Assembly (NCBI GenBank): GCA_964016885.1
Contig: OZ024742.1
Span: forward strand, 288,052,001 to 288,116,000
DNA: 64,000 nucleotides
Direction: 5' to 3'
Source of the DNA: Eledone cirrhosa
Lineage: Eukaryota
The position numbers and the translations under genes are program-made. Below, one piece after another: positions 15,481 through 28,825 of the stretch. How positions within the stretch are numbered: position 1 is the stretch's first letter; each line of letters begins with the position of its first letter. The notes beneath the pieces are model-generated. The model worked only from the letters and a program-made list of their open reading frames with translations. It searched no databases and was not told the DNA's origin.

Positions 15481-16521
15481 CGTGATATGACCGGAGGCCC
15501 TATCTTTAAAACATCCAAGAAACCTCATGAGATACACTCTCATAGGAAGCCAGATAAACTTACTGTAGTGTCAGTTGTTATAGCATAACAATATGTTTTT
15601 AAAACCAGCAAACACGATCATAGGAACAATATTTTCCAATTTTCCGGAGACAAATTTTTAATTCCAATGTTTTATTAATGTAAACAGAGTCTGTGTTGGA
15701 ATGTTTTTGAAATTTCCATTCATCCAGTCACTTCACCAATCAATTTGACCAAGCTAAGGTTATTATTTCCATATTCCATTAAACATAAACTCTATACTAC
15801 CTGATTCTCTCGTATTTAATTCTCAAATATTTGTATACTAATACATTTTTATTTGTACCAATTTTCAAAAGTAAACTCTGAAAACAACTTCTCGGAAATC
15901 TTCCCTATCCAGTTAATCAAAGTTCATAAAAAACACTAGTTAAGATATTATTCAGTAACATCTGCTATTATATGATCAATTAAGACGTTGTTTTGTCGCA
16001 ATTGTCATTATGCAGTCCCAACTGTCATTAATTGGTAAATTAAGACATTATCAAGTCACAGTTGTCATTATATAGTGAATTAAGACATAGCTGTCGTTAA
16101 ATAGTTGCAATAACTTAAGACATCGTCCAGTCACAACTGTCATTAAATGGACAATTAAAGCATTGCCTGACCATAGCTGTTATTATATTGTCTTCTTCTT
16201 CGCCCACTTTCCTGAGATGGTCGTGGGGCAGAGTCCTCAAACACTCCTTCCAGCGGGTACTGTCAGAAGCAACCCCACTCCAACTGATCCAGCTGGATCC
16301 CCAAGCGTGACCGGCCAAGCTCATGGATGTTATCTAACTATCTTGCGCTCGGAGTCTACCCTTGGGTCTCCTGCCGGTCGGCTTTACCATAAAATATGTC
16401 TAGCGATTCTTTCCTGAGACATTCTAACCACATGCCCATAGTATCGGAGCCTTGATCTCTCAATTCGGAGAAGTAGTGGCTCTACCTGGTGTGACTGAGC
16501 TCCCAGCCATTAAATGATCAA

Positions 16522-16800
16522 TAATTTAAGACGTCCAGTTACAACTTTCCGCTAATTTAAGACGATGTCCAGTCACAACTTTCCACTAATTTCAGACGAT
16601 GCCCAGTCACAACTTTCCACTAATTTAAGACGATGTCCAGTCACAACTTTCCACTAATTTAAGACGGTGCCCATTCACAACTTTCCACTAATTTAAGACG
16701 GTGCCCATTCACAACTTTCCACTAATTTAAGACGGTGTCCATTCACAACTTTCCACCAATTTAAGACGTTGTCCACTCACAACTTTCCGCCAATTTAACT
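16522..16800. repeat. 34-bp minisatellite, about 8 copies
   Basis: Unit taatttaagacgatgtccagtcacaactttccac; more degenerate related units at ~15975-16170. Confidence 0.9.
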
Positions 16801-18079
16801 CACCGATGAAATTGTATTAAAGGTATTTCTTTGTTGTTTTGTCACATCAAATCAATCGATATTTCTTCGTTCATCATCATCATCATCATATAACGTCTGT
16901 TTTCCCTGCTAGCAAGTATTAGAAGGATTGTCACAGACTAACTCAGTACTTATTCGGAGGCATTGATCTCTCAGATGGACTAGGGCTGCATCTTGCTTTC
17001 ATATATTTACACACTTTACAGAGTGTACTAGGTGCATTTTATCGTATCAACAGCCCTAGGGAAGTTGTTATGTGATTGACATAAGAGTCCTTTCTACCAA
17101 GTTTTCTATGACTGGGTACCTTTCCTATCATGAATTTGTAACATTACTTAAAACAATCTGGCTTTGATCATATGCCTGTTCACTCATAGCTGGCTCAAGG
17201 CTATATAACAAGCCACCAAAAAATCCTCTATGTGATTGCTCGACCAGCTAGAAATAGCAATCAAATTACTTCCATACATTAGATAATGCAGTCCTAGATA
17301 CACAATCTCTGAGAGAATGAGTTGATGGTCATAGCTGGGATGGCTTTTATCATAAGTATGCTCAGTCAGTGCTGACCTTGGACTAGATAACTACAAGCCA
17401 CTGAAGAAGCTGCTACATGGTTGCTTGATCTGCTAGAAACAGCAGTCAAATGACACTTAACATTCATAGAGAGAAATATTTAGACTTCCTATAATGTTGT
17501 ATGATGTGATTTTAATAACGATAAGTAAAGTTCAATTGTTCTGGTGCTTCACCTGAGACACATGCACTGGTACAGCCATGTTAAGCGTAGTGAGAGTTGG
17601 ATCAGCAAAGTGATGAATGTCAATCCAGAGGCATTAGAGGCTCAGGAAGACCAAAACAGACTTAGATGGAGGATGTCCATCGAGATGAAGCTAGGCTTGG
17701 CCTGACCCAAGTGAGACTGGCGGACAGAAACACATGCAGCAGGACGCTAAGGAGCACTGTCAGGCAGGACCCACCCTACTTAGGGATTAATTGTGTCCTG
17801 CATAATCAAAAACTGGATGATGATGATTATGTAGTAAAAGTTTCCACCGTTGAATCTCTACATTTTAAGTATCCTCTATATCTTATACTGTCTCTTTATT
17901 ATTTCAGAATATCTGATGACATTGCCATAACAATTAATGCTGTTTATATAAATCTAAAGTAGAATTACTATGAAATATTTCATTTAAGTTAGATTGTTAA
18001 CAACATTTCTCTACTTCACTGTGGAAATATTTCTTATGAATTACATAGAACAAAATATGAAAAATATCCCTATATTGTG

Positions 18080-19564
18080 ATGAAAGAAGAAAACCTATGG
18101 AAAATGAATGATGTAAGAATAAGTTTAAATGTAATTAATAATGATATGCTGAGAGATATCAGAAAAACATTGCACCACTGTGATATCTGTAAAAAGTCAT
18201 TCTCAAAAAAAGGTAACCTAAACACTCACAAACGTATTCATACAGGAGAGAAGCCATATCACTGTGATATCTGTGGTAAATCATTCTCTGAAAGAAGTAA
18301 CTTATCAAAACACAAATACATTCATACAGGAGAAAAGCCATATCACTGTGATATCTGTAGTAAATCATTTTCTCAAAGAGGTCACCTAACTACTCACAAA
18401 CACATCCACACAGGAGAAAAGACACATTATTGTGATATCTGTGGTAAATCATTTGCTGAAGGAAGTAACTTAACTAAACACAAGCGTATTCATACAGGAG
18501 AGAAGCCACATCACTGTGATATCTGTGATAAATCATTTTCTACAACAAGTAGCTTAACTACACATAGGCATATTCACACCGGAGAGAAGCCATACCACTG
18601 TAATATCTGTGGTAAATCATTCTCTGCAGCAAGTAATTTAACTACACATAGACAGATTCATACTGGAGAGAAGCTATATCATTGTGATGTATGTGGTAAA
18701 TCATATTCTGCAGCAAGTAATTTAACTATACACAAACATATTCACTCAGGAGAGAAACCTTATCACTGTGACATCTGTGATATATCATTCCCCCATAGAA
18801 CTGCTTTAATTATACATCACAGATACATTCATAAAGGAAAGAACCCATATATATGTGATACCTGTGGTAAATCATTCTTTTCAAGAAGTAAATTAAATAT
18901 ACACAGACATATTCATACTGGAGAGAAACCATATCAGTGTGATATCTGTGGTATATCATTCTCTCAAACAAGTCACTTAACTACTCACAAACATATTCAT
19001 ACAGGAGAGAAGCCATATCCCTGTGATATCTGTGGTAAATCATTCTCTCAAACAAGTCACTTAATTATCCACAAACGTATTCATACAGGAGAGAAACCAT
19101 ATCAGTGTGATATCTGTGGTAAATCATTCTCTCAAAATAGTGATGTAACCAAACATAAACACATTCATATAGGAGAAAAACCATATCACTGTGACATTTG
19201 TGGAATACCATTTTCTCATAATAGATACTTAAAAAAACACAAACATCTTCATTCAGGAAAGAAACTATATCACAGTGATAACTTTAATAAATCATTCTCT
19301 GTAAGTAGTAAGTTGATTAACGAGAAAGCGATTCATACAAGAGATAAGCCATATCCTTGTGATGTCTGTGGCAAATCATTCTCTGTCACAGGTCACTTAA
19401 CTACTCACAAGCGTGTCCATACAGGGGAGAAACCATATCAATGTGGTATCTGTGGTAGATCATTCTCTCACACTGGTAACTTAAATAGACACAAATATAC
19501 TCATACAGGAGAAAAACTTTATAAATCTGATAGGTGTAGTCTCTCAAAACAGTCACTAAACTAA
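18080..19564 (+). CDS. C2H2 zinc-finger protein, subfamily A, 15 intact fingers plus 1 degenerate (ZNF-3)
   Basis: 495-aa ORF; finger 14 is degenerate (SDNF...EKAIH). Start codon uncertain: the ATG homologous to the ZNF-1 start (ctATGgaaaatgaa, ~18097) is out of frame and closed by TGA. Confidence 0.85.
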   Translation: MKEENLWKMNDVRISLNVINNDMLRDIRKTLHHCDICKKSFSKKGNLNTHKRIHTGEKPYHCDICGKSFSERSNLSKHKYIHTGEKPYHCDICSKSFSQRGHLTTHKHIHTGEKTHYCDICGKSFAEGSNLTKHKRIHTGEKPHHCDICDKSFSTTSSLTTHRHIHTGEKPYHCNICGKSFSAASNLTTHRQIHTGEKLYHCDVCGKSYSAASNLTIHKHIHSGEKPYHCDICDISFPHRTALIIHHRYIHKGKNPYICDTCGKSFFSRSKLNIHRHIHTGEKPYQCDICGISFSQTSHLTTHKHIHTGEKPYPCDICGKSFSQTSHLIIHKRIHTGEKPYQCDICGKSFSQNSDVTKHKHIHIGEKPYHCDICGIPFSHNRYLKKHKHLHSGKKLYHSDNFNKSFSVSSKLINEKAIHTRDKPYPCDVCGKSFSVTGHLTTHKRVHTGEKPYQCGICGRSFSHTGNLNRHKYTHTGEKLYKSDRCSLSKQSLN

Positions 19565-19682
19565 ACATGCATGCATTTATTCAAAAAATAACTTTATCAA
19601 TGTCTAATTTCTCTTTTTAAAATATCTTACATAACCATAAATGTATATAGATCATCATATATATAGATTAAAAGAGAAAGTT

Positions 19683-21130
19683 ATGGATGAGAAAACACAG
19701 CCTGAAAATAGTGATTTATCTACTGGCAAACAGAAAAATACTTTTATGATATCTATGAGAAGTTATTTACGAGGAAAGAATTTGATTCAACATAAAATAA
19801 TTCACTCAGACTTCAAACTTCATCACTGAAATTTGTGGTAAACGTTTTACTAAAACGTTTTTTTTTTTTTTTATCTCAGCACATGCATATCCACACAAGA
19901 GAGAAACCACCCCCCTCTGATATCTATGATGAAAAATTACCACATAATTTTAATTTAACTTCCCACAAATGTATTAATACAGGAGACAAAACTTATAACT
20001 GTGACAAGACAATCTCTCAAATTAGGTGTTGGTCTTCCCATAAACATCCACACAGGAGAGAAACCATTCCATTGTGGTGTTTATGGTAAGTTATCGTCTT
20101 CCCACAAACTTACACTGGAGAGAAACCATACTATTGTAATATCTTGATATCTGTGGTAAAATGTTCTCTAAAAATATTACTATCTATTCATAAACATACC
20201 CTCACGGGAGAGAAACCATACAACTATGATGTCTGGTAAAATATTCTCTGACAAAGGTAGTTTGATTTAACATAAACCCGTTCATACAGGAAAGAAACCA
20301 GACCACTGATATCTGTGGAAAACATTTTCTTGGAGTAGATGTTTGTTTTCCTACAGTTGTATTTATACACGATAAAGACCATACTTTGTTATTTTACTTT
20401 TATCTCTCCATAAACATATCCATACTGAAGAAAAAAAACCCATACCACAGTGATGTCTGTGGTTAAAAACTCTCTCACAGAGGTATTTTATTTTCCCATA
20501 AAACTATTCACACAAGAGAAAGGCAATATTCTTGTGATATCTGTAGTAAAACATTTTTTCTCAGTGCTAGTTTGTCTTTCCACATACGTAGACACACAGG
20601 AGAAAAAACATTCTATTGTGACATTTGTGGTGAAACATTCTCTCTGAATAGCAGTTTCTATTCCCATATACATATCCATACTAGAGAAAAACCATTCCCC
20701 TGTGATATTTATGATTATATATTTTCTAAAAATAGTAATTTATCTCTCCACAAACATATCTATACAGGGAAGAAACCATATCAGTGTGATATCTGTGGTA
20801 AATGATTCTCATATAGTGATAATCTACCTGACTACAAACATCCATACCAGAGAGAAACTATATCATTGTAATATTTACAGTAAAACATTCTTTCAAAAAT
20901 GAATGCTTAGCTTCTCACAAACATGCACACAGGAGAGAAACCATACCACTGTAATATCTGTGGAGAAACATTCTCTTGAAATAGCACTCTAACTACTCGC
21001 AAACGTATCCACATTGGAGAAAAACCCTATGCCTGTGATATTTGTGGTACAACATTCTCTTGAAATAGTATTTTATTTACTCATAAACGTATCTACCCAT
21101 GAGAAAAAACATACTACTGTGATGATAATG
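19683..21130 (+). pseudogene. Decayed subfamily-B C2H2 ZNF pseudogene
   Basis: Begins MDEKTQPENSD like the B paralogues. Finger/linker remnants (ggagagaaacca...tgtgatatctgtgg) are broken by many frameshifts and stops. Followed by B-type 3' flank (21130-21420) homologous to 45060-45330 and 51560-51850 (reverse strand). Confidence 0.88.
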
Positions 21131-21592
21131 TATGATGGTTACAAAGTAAAGTTAAAATTTAATGTGAACTGGTGACATTTTGATAGGTAACAACTGGTGA
21201 CTGACGTCAATAATAAAGAAGTCCTATATCTAATAAAATATATCTTTTTTTCCGTGCTGACATAGGTCTATGTTCCTGTGTATTATCATTCTTCTTCACT
21301 CTGTGCCATATTGTCTGTAAGGTACACCATTCTCAAATCAGATCTCACTTCTACCTTGGTCTGTTTCCACCATGGATACCACTTCCCACATAGCTCTGGG
21401 ACTCTGTCTTTTCTGTTTGTAACGATTGATGCAATTTATATGGCAAAGCAGTTAGAGAAGTACAGGGACTTGAGGAAGAATTTTTCTTTTGTATGATTGT
21501 TGATCTGGAGAAACCTTTTGATTAGGTTCCACATGAAGTAGTGATATGGGCATTGAGAGAGTCCCAGTAGTTTTACATCATAAAATGAATAA

Positions 21593-21770
21593 AAATAACC
21601 AGGATTAAATTACATCAAATTATTTAATAGATTTACAAATGTTTCTTTCACTACAGTAGGAAGTACATTTTATTCCTCCAGTACAGAGGAATAAAATGGT
21701 ATTTCCTACTAGTGAAAGAAACGTTGGTAAATCTATTAAACAATTTGATGTAATTTACTCCTGGTTATTT
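21593..21770. repeat. Foldback with ~85-bp arms and 7-nt loop
   Basis: aaataaccagga...ttttattcctc / gaggaataaaat...tcctggttattt. Confidence 0.9.
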
Positions 21771-22561
21771 ATATATATATATATATGTATACATACATGC
21801 CTGTTTCATCACCACGAGAATACTCTTATCTGTGAACACTACATTTAGCAACCTGTTGACCAAGTACTCTCTATTATATCAAACCTTTGGCATATTCTGG
21901 TTGAGCTATATTTTGCTATCTGGTGTCATTGTATACCATAGTATTCTTCTTCGCCCACTTATTCCTGAGGGGGTTGTGGGGGAAGAGTACTCAAACACTT
22001 CTTTCAGTGGGACCTGTCAGAAGCAACCCTTTCCAACTGATCCGGCTGGAATCCTAAGCTTGACCAGCCAAGCTCATGGATATTATCCAACAATCTTGCT
22101 TGGGGTCTACTCCTGGGTCTTTTTCCAGTTGGTTTTACCTGTAAAATCGGTCCAGCAATCTTTCCTGAAACATTCTAATCACATAGTACTGGAGCTGTGA
22201 TCTCTCAATTCAGAGAAGTAGCAGCTCTACCTGGAGCGAGTCTCTGATCTCCGAGCTACGCACTATAGCATAGTACAAGTATACATACAAATTAGCAGTT
22301 TTGGTTTTCTTTGCTGGTCTGTGTCCGAATTGCTTTTCAACCATACAATCAAGATGTAAAACACCACCTATACTGCTAAATATATATATATATAAACAAG
22401 TATATCAATTGAAAAATCAACTACCATTTAGAAAAATATATTTATTCCATTACACATTTCAAAGGAATTGTACAATTACGTACTATCATATATAATCCTC
22501 TACTTTCCTTTGAGCATTGTTTATATATATTGTTTGCTATATATATATTGTTGAATCACCA

Positions 22562-22650
22562 AAGTTTGACGAGCAGATCAATGCTGGAGTCAGGTTCATA
22601 GCTTCCATAGATGACCTTGATCCAATCATCTGAGAGACGTACGTAACAGG
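22562..22650 (+). ncRNA. Degenerate hammerhead motif
   Basis: TTGACGA-gcagat...atctga-GAGA-cgtacg-TA; aligns by eye with 12421-12507. Confidence 0.5.
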
Positions 22651-23779
22651 TTGATAGTAAATAAAAACATGTAAACGAAACTTCATTGTTTTTTCTCAAT
22701 ATATACACTGTGCTTGTGTATTGAGGGCTCACATTGGTGCCACCAATATATATATATTATTATTATTACTCGACATTATGCTTTGTGGCATATAGTTACA
22801 GCCTTTTATGTTTTGAGTTCAAATCCTGCTGAGATTAGCTTTGCCTTTCATCTTTTCAGGGTCGATAAAGTAAAGTACCTGTCATGCACTGGGGTTGATT
22901 TAATTAACTTTCCCCTCCCCCCCAAAAAATTGCTGACCTTGTGCCTAAATCAGAAACCATTATTATTATTAAAACAAGTATTCATATTGAAATATTTGTA
23001 AAATTATTAAATGGTTTAAGAAATATATATATATAATATGAAGTATCCACAGTGTGATGACCGGAAAATTACAAATCAGTACTGGATACATGATCAGATA
23101 CAGAGTAGGTGCAGTTAAAAGATGTAATTCTCTCTCTATATATATATATATATTAGATATACAAAGCATAAATGAACAGAAAAAGTGAGTTTAAGACGAA
23201 TCAGAAGTACTGTATAAGAGAGAAGACTGCACTGGTGATGATCTTTGGGCAAAAAAAAGCCAGGAAATACCAGTTGAAGGAATCTAGAGTAGAGGAAAAC
23301 CTGAGCAGAAGCAGTGAGAACTGTTCTCAAACCACTGATGGCCACAGATGACAAAGTTACACAACAAATGGAGACTGAGCCTCAGGGAAACACAGATAAT
23401 CACACCCCATGGTAAGTATCAGTTGATAGTGAGGCTATAGTGTTAAGGCAGGCACCACTGTGGAGTTGGGATTTAGATAAAAAAAACATGCCAGATAGTG
23501 CTGATCAAGCTGGCATACAAGGCTGTTTGAGCCCATGTCACACTGGATTGCATCCCATTTACTTAGGGGGGGTATTGAACATTTACAGAGAGGAGGGTAT
23601 TTGTTCGTCTATGGAGCAGAGGCCGAGCTAGTTTGAGTTTGTGTAGGCCACCTTGTTTTCTCTGATCACCCTGACTCTTGGCTTTAATGGCTCTATCCAC
23701 TGTGCTGTTCTCCCACCAGGTCATCCTCTGTCTGGCTGGTGCTTTGCTCTTGCCACAAGTCTCATCAGTAGTTCACAAC

Positions 23780-24565
23780 AGGGTGTCACATAAAAATTTC
23801 CAATCGTCATATGTATTTAACTTGTCTCCCCTCTTATAAAATACATCCCATAGGGCCTTTCTAAACCTTCCATCTCCATATTTTCCTGTGTATCTTGCTT
23901 CGTCTTTTGTTTATTCTGATGTCAGTAATAACTAACTTCCCTGTGGAAGGCCTTAGCATTCATTACTGTCAGTCTATCTCATCTTGCAAGTAAGAAATCA
24001 ATCTGGCATGTGTTCCTCTAATTGATATGTAACCAAGTGTGGCTGGCTGCTTTCCTGAAAATTGTGTTGCAAATGGTTAGTTCATTTGCATCACAGAATT
24101 CCAGGAGCCCCACTCCCTCTTCATTTCTAGCTACTGTGAACTCAGGTACTGTCCAACATGTCCATTGAAGTTGCTTGCCAAGATGATGAGGTCTCTTTCA
24201 TCAGTAACTGAGGTTGTCTGCAAAAGTTCCTTTTAGAACATGTCCTTATGTTCTTTACTGTCCTGCCTGTGGTAGATGTAATTGTCACCATTCTATTTCC
24301 TACAGCTATTCTAAGGTTGATAGTTCTCTCACTTGCTCTATCCATTTCTTAGCTAGTAAAATGTCTACACCACCAGCCCAGTTATCATTTGCTATACAGA
24401 AAAGTTTGTATCTATGTTGTTTGCCTGTCAGTAGTCTCACTGAGGCACCACTCCATGTCACCTGTTGTACACAGCATACATTCACTTCTCTTCTCTCTAA
24501 CAGTTCCATAATTTTACCTGATTTATCTTTCAAGGTGCCAAAATTGATGGTGGCAGTCCTGAAAT
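23780..24565 (-). mobile_element. RTE LINE AP-endonuclease fragment
   Basis: ATINFGTL...VNVCCVQQVTW...GGVDILL (APE N-terminus), then RNEEG..LLEFC..NELTICNTIF and IDF-like remnants. Confidence 0.75.
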
Positions 24566-25678
24566 GAGTAACTTGGCAGTGGTTAGTTCCTTGAGTAGCA
24601 GTTCTTTGAATGTTGAAGGGAAAAAGGCTGTGTGATTGCTTGATGACAGTCAAGAGGTTCTTGCACATGGCTACTCTAGCCACCCTACTACCATGGGCAG
24701 CATTAACATGACTAGTGTTAGCCCTGCATATGCAATTAGTGGGAATCTTATGTGTTGTACTTTCCATAATTTTGGCAGGATTTTTTTCAGCTGGATGCCC
24801 TTCCTATCACCAACCACTTCCTAGTAACGGTGATGATGATACACAAACACATAAAACTTATTTTTCTTACTATACTATACATGAGTTTAAATTCCAGCAT
24901 CACATTGTGGTCTTGAGCAAGATATTTCACATTTTACTCAACTGGCAAATATGAGTTATACCTACACTTGTCATATTGAATCTCCGTACATTTATTCAAC
25001 TGGTATTTAGAACATAAATTGATCTTATTTTAAAATTATGTTGAAAGATTTAAATATGAACATTTTTAAACATGAAGTCTTGTATATAGAAAAAAGAGGT
25101 GTTGTCAGGTGGATTGATATCAAGAGTTAACTGCTGTAGTTTTAAAGATTATATCACTTCCTCTGTAATATATTTAATCTTGTATCTTGTTGATCCCATA
25201 GAAACGACGGCCCCACAACACCCAATGTTTTGCCTATTCCATTGTATTTCTCTTTAGAACTATTTTTTTCACAATAACATCCCTTATATAAATATACTAG
25301 ATGTAATATATATAGATATTCTGTAGACATAGTGGAGATTAGATAATATAGGGTACTGGAAGTTTGTTATCACCCACTGTTGTATCTTCTTTTATGTAAA
25401 TACGTTTATAGTTAGATAACGGTTTTTTGTTTTTGTTTTCATAGAATGAGAGGTTTACTCACTTCTATAAATACATACATATAGAATTAGATCACTTTTT
25501 TACAGAATAATCTACATTATATCAGCTGCATAGCTTTTCTACTGAATGATTCTTTGTTTGAGAGAATGATTTACCACAAATATCAGTGATATGGCTTCTA
25601 TCCTTTATGAGTACATGTGTGTAGAATGACTTTTTTTGAAAGAACAATTTACTATACCAATTAGTTATATGATGTTTC

Positions 25679-27091
25679 TTATGTATGAATGTTTTTGTGT
25701 TTAGTTAAGTCACTATTTCGAGAGAATGCTTTACCACAGGTATCACAGTGATATGGTGTCTCTCCTGTATGAATGTGTATGTGGTGAGTTAAGTTAGACC
25801 TTTGAGAGAATGATTTACCACAGATATCACAGTGGTATGGCTTCTCTCCTGTATGAACACGTTTGTGAGCGTTTAAGTCATGATTTCGAGAGAACGATTT
25901 ACTACAGATATCACACTGATACGGTTTGTCTCCTGTATGAATACGTATATGGGTAGTCAAATCACCATTTCGAGAGAAGGATTTACCACAGATATCACAG
26001 TGATGAGGCTTCTCTCCTGTATGAGTCAGTATGTGGCTAGTTAAACTAGATCTTTGAGAGAATGATTTATTGCAGACATCACAGTGATATGGCTTTTCTC
26101 CTGTATGAATACGTTTATGAGTAGTTAAGACACTTCCTTCGAAGAAGGATTTACCACAGATATCACAGGAATATGGTTTCTCTCCTGTATGAATGCGTTT
26201 GTGAGTAGTTAAGTCATGATTTCGGGAGAATGATTTACTACAGATATCACAGCTGTATGGTTTGTCTCCTGTATGAATACGTTTGTGAATGGTTAAGTCA
26301 CCTTTTCCAGAGAATGATTTACCACAGATATCACAGTGAAATGGCTTCTCTCCTGTATGAATGCGTATGTGAGTAGTTAAGTCACCTGTCCGACAGAATG
26401 ATTTGCCACATATTTCACATTGACATGGTTTCTCTCCTGTATGAATAAGTTTATGTTTAGTTATGTGATATTTTCGAGAGAATGATTTACCACAGATATC
26501 ACAGTGATATGGCTTCTTTCCTGTATGAATGTACTTGTGATCAGTTAAATGCTCATTTCGAGAGAATGATTTACCACATATTTCACAGTGATATGGTTTC
26601 TCTCCTGTATGAATGTGTATGTGTACAGCTAAAGTATCATTTCGGGAGAATGATTTACCACAGATATCGCAGCGATATGGTTTCTCTCCGCTATGAATTT
26701 GTCTGTGTCCAGTCAAACCATTTCTTTGCGCAAATGATTTACCACAGATATCACAGTAATATGGTTTCTCTCCTGTATGAATCTGCCTGTGTACAGTCAA
26801 TTTACCACTTTGAGCAAATGATTTACCACAAATTTCACAGTGATATGGCTTCTCTCCTGTATGAATTCGTTTGTGTATAGTTACGTCACCATTTCGAGAG
26901 AATGATTTACCACAGATATTACAGCGATATGGTTTCTCTCCTGTATGAGTACGTTTGTGAGTAGTTAAGTGACCTTTTTGAGTGAATGACTTTTTACAAA
27001 TTTCACAGTGGTATGGCCTTTCTATCTCCTTGTGTATCTCTTCAGGAAAATCAATTGTTTTGGATTCTGTTTTACATTTAACATTTTCCAT
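25679..27091 (-). CDS. C2H2 zinc-finger protein, subfamily A, 16 fingers (ZNF-4)
   Basis: 470-aa ORF, 16 C2H2 units, many with SRNxDL helices; decayed finger remnants continue past the stop (~25400-25680). Confidence 0.92.
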   Translation of the reverse strand: MENVKCKTESKTIDFPEEIHKEIERPYHCEICKKSFTQKGHLTTHKRTHTGEKPYRCNICGKSFSRNGDVTIHKRIHTGEKPYHCEICGKSFAQSGKLTVHRQIHTGEKPYYCDICGKSFAQRNGLTGHRQIHSGEKPYRCDICGKSFSRNDTLAVHIHIHTGEKPYHCEICGKSFSRNEHLTDHKYIHTGKKPYHCDICGKSFSRKYHITKHKLIHTGEKPCQCEICGKSFCRTGDLTTHIRIHTGEKPFHCDICGKSFSGKGDLTIHKRIHTGDKPYSCDICSKSFSRNHDLTTHKRIHTGEKPYSCDICGKSFFEGSVLTTHKRIHTGEKPYHCDVCNKSFSQRSSLTSHILTHTGEKPHHCDICGKSFSRNGDLTTHIRIHTGDKPYQCDICSKSFSRNHDLNAHKRVHTGEKPYHCDICGKSFSQRSNLTHHIHIHTGETPYHCDTCGKAFSRNSDLTKHKNIHT

Positions 27092-27889
27092 AATTTTTCT
27101 CTCAACACAATATATGGATATATATATATATATATATATATATTCCTTTTATGTATTATTGATACTGATATATTTCCACCACCCGTCACCTTTGTCGATG
27201 CTTAAAGATGTAAATTAGTCCCAGTTTAATTAATCATCTTATACACATTCCAGACATTGAAGTAGAGAAATGTTATTCATAATCTCAGATGAAATATTTT
27301 AAAGCAATTCTATCATAGATTTATATAGTGTGATATCTTTTGTATAACATTCCTTTAGTCTTTAAAAGGTGATAAATATTCATAATGCATCCAAAGTAAA
27401 TTCTGTCATGTCAATGTCATCTGATATTCTGAAATAATAAAGAAACAGTATAAGATATAGAGGATACTTAAAATGTAGAGATTCAGTCGTGGAATGAAAG
27501 ATTCAACAGTAGAAATTTTACTTTATTTCTATATTGATAAACTGTAGACATTTACCAGAACATTTAATTTGTTATAAAATCACATCAAACGAGCTACACA
27601 TCTAAATTGTCTAACATTATATATATTTTAAACTACAGCTACATTTTTGTTTATTGCTATTTGCTGGATTGTTCTCTGCTGTCATCAGATTTTAACTCAG
27701 CTTGGATTGTTTCAAAAGCAGCTTCATGTGATGCCATCAGATTGTGTGTATGTCCTGTTTTTCCTCCCCTTCTGCCTCATTTCTGACAATGTGGGTTTTA
27801 CTTCTGTTTCCATTCATTATTCATTTGTTTTTATTTGTTCTCCTGCTATTGCTGTCTGTTTCTGTTTATATCATTAGATATATAAATTA

Positions 27890-28165
27890 GAAAATTAGAG
27901 ATAAGAGGGATCAGATGTTGTTTACTCGAGAGAAGGCTACGTTGGTATGGACACGTGATGCGCATGAAAGTCGATAGCTGTATAACAAAGTGCAGGGCAA
28001 TAAAGATAGACGGTAGCCACGGAATAGGCAGACCTAGAAAAACCTGGGACGAGCTGATAAACTCCGACCTCACACACTTACACCTCTCCAAGACAATGTC
28101 ACTGGACCGAGACCTTTGGCGGTACTCAGTAACAGAGAAGACCCGCCTTGCCAGTAGGCATCTCT
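27890..28165 (+). mobile_element. RTE-clade LINE 3' fragment (second family)
   Basis: RRLRWYGHVMRM...GRPRKTW..DL; relatives at ~8130-8420, ~17555-17790, ~23200-23350, 43803-44088. Confidence 0.75.
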
Positions 28166-28199
28166 AACAAAATACACCCCCGTCCCGCCACCACCCCCA

Positions 28200-28525
28200 C
28201 CCCATCCACACCACCCCGTTCTATGTAAAGTTATGTTGGTGCCGCGCCATCCAGGCCGAAACAAATGAGATCGTGTAGGTGTCACGACAAAAAAACACAC
28301 AGTCCACGCTGTAATGTGGCCGTGTAGGCAACACGGTAAAAACCTCCCAGACCCACACTGTAAATGTGGTTGGTGTTAGGAAGGGCATCCAACTGTAGAA
28401 AACCTGCCAGACAGTCCTATGCGAGCAAGACAATCACTCTTGCCTCAAGTGGGACTACCCCCGTCCAAACCCATGCAAGCGTGGAACACGGACGTTAAAC
28501 GTTGATGATGATGATGATGATGATC
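28200..28525 (+). mobile_element. SINE family 3 (RTE-like tail ending in (GAT)n)
   Basis: Near-identical copies at ~13690-13990(-) and ~48298-48583(-); partial copies ~7140-7450(+), ~59070-59190(-), ~53420-53470(-). Confidence 0.75.
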
Positions 28526-28764
28526 ACTCCTCTTCCCCAGAGGCTTTGCTGATCTTATAACAAATGATCTCTGGCTGGGAATGTTGTATTACAAGTAATC
28601 CAATGCGTGTGATTCAAATGAATTTGTTGAGCAAATTGTAAACAACGATATCTAAATCACTGGATATCGATATAAACACTTATTTTAATTATATCATATA
28701 TATATATATATATATATATACAATGATATTAAATAAATGGAAACTATATTTATAAAACTGTATT

Positions 28765-28825
28765 TATTCTATTATATATATTTCAAGGGTACCAAAACTT
28801 TGGTACGCTTTCATCAGATAAAATA
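28765..28825 (-). ncRNA. Hammerhead ribozyme motif
   Basis: Minus strand reads tattttat-CTGATGA-aagcgtacca/aagttt/tggtaccctt-GAAA-tatata-TA-atagaata. Confidence 0.82.

Noticed and set aside
16522-16800. CRISPR-like appearance of the 34-bp array (and the 40-bp array at 57275-57632)
   Set aside because: Head-to-tail units without unique spacers, no cas genes, eukaryotic context.
26482-26880. Antisense or alternative-frame ORFs over ZNF arrays ([10 protein letters not shown]..., VISVVKH... types; also 2211, 11170, 34114, 45381, 51990, 62400)
   Set aside because: Shadow ORFs produced by the 84-bp finger periodicity.
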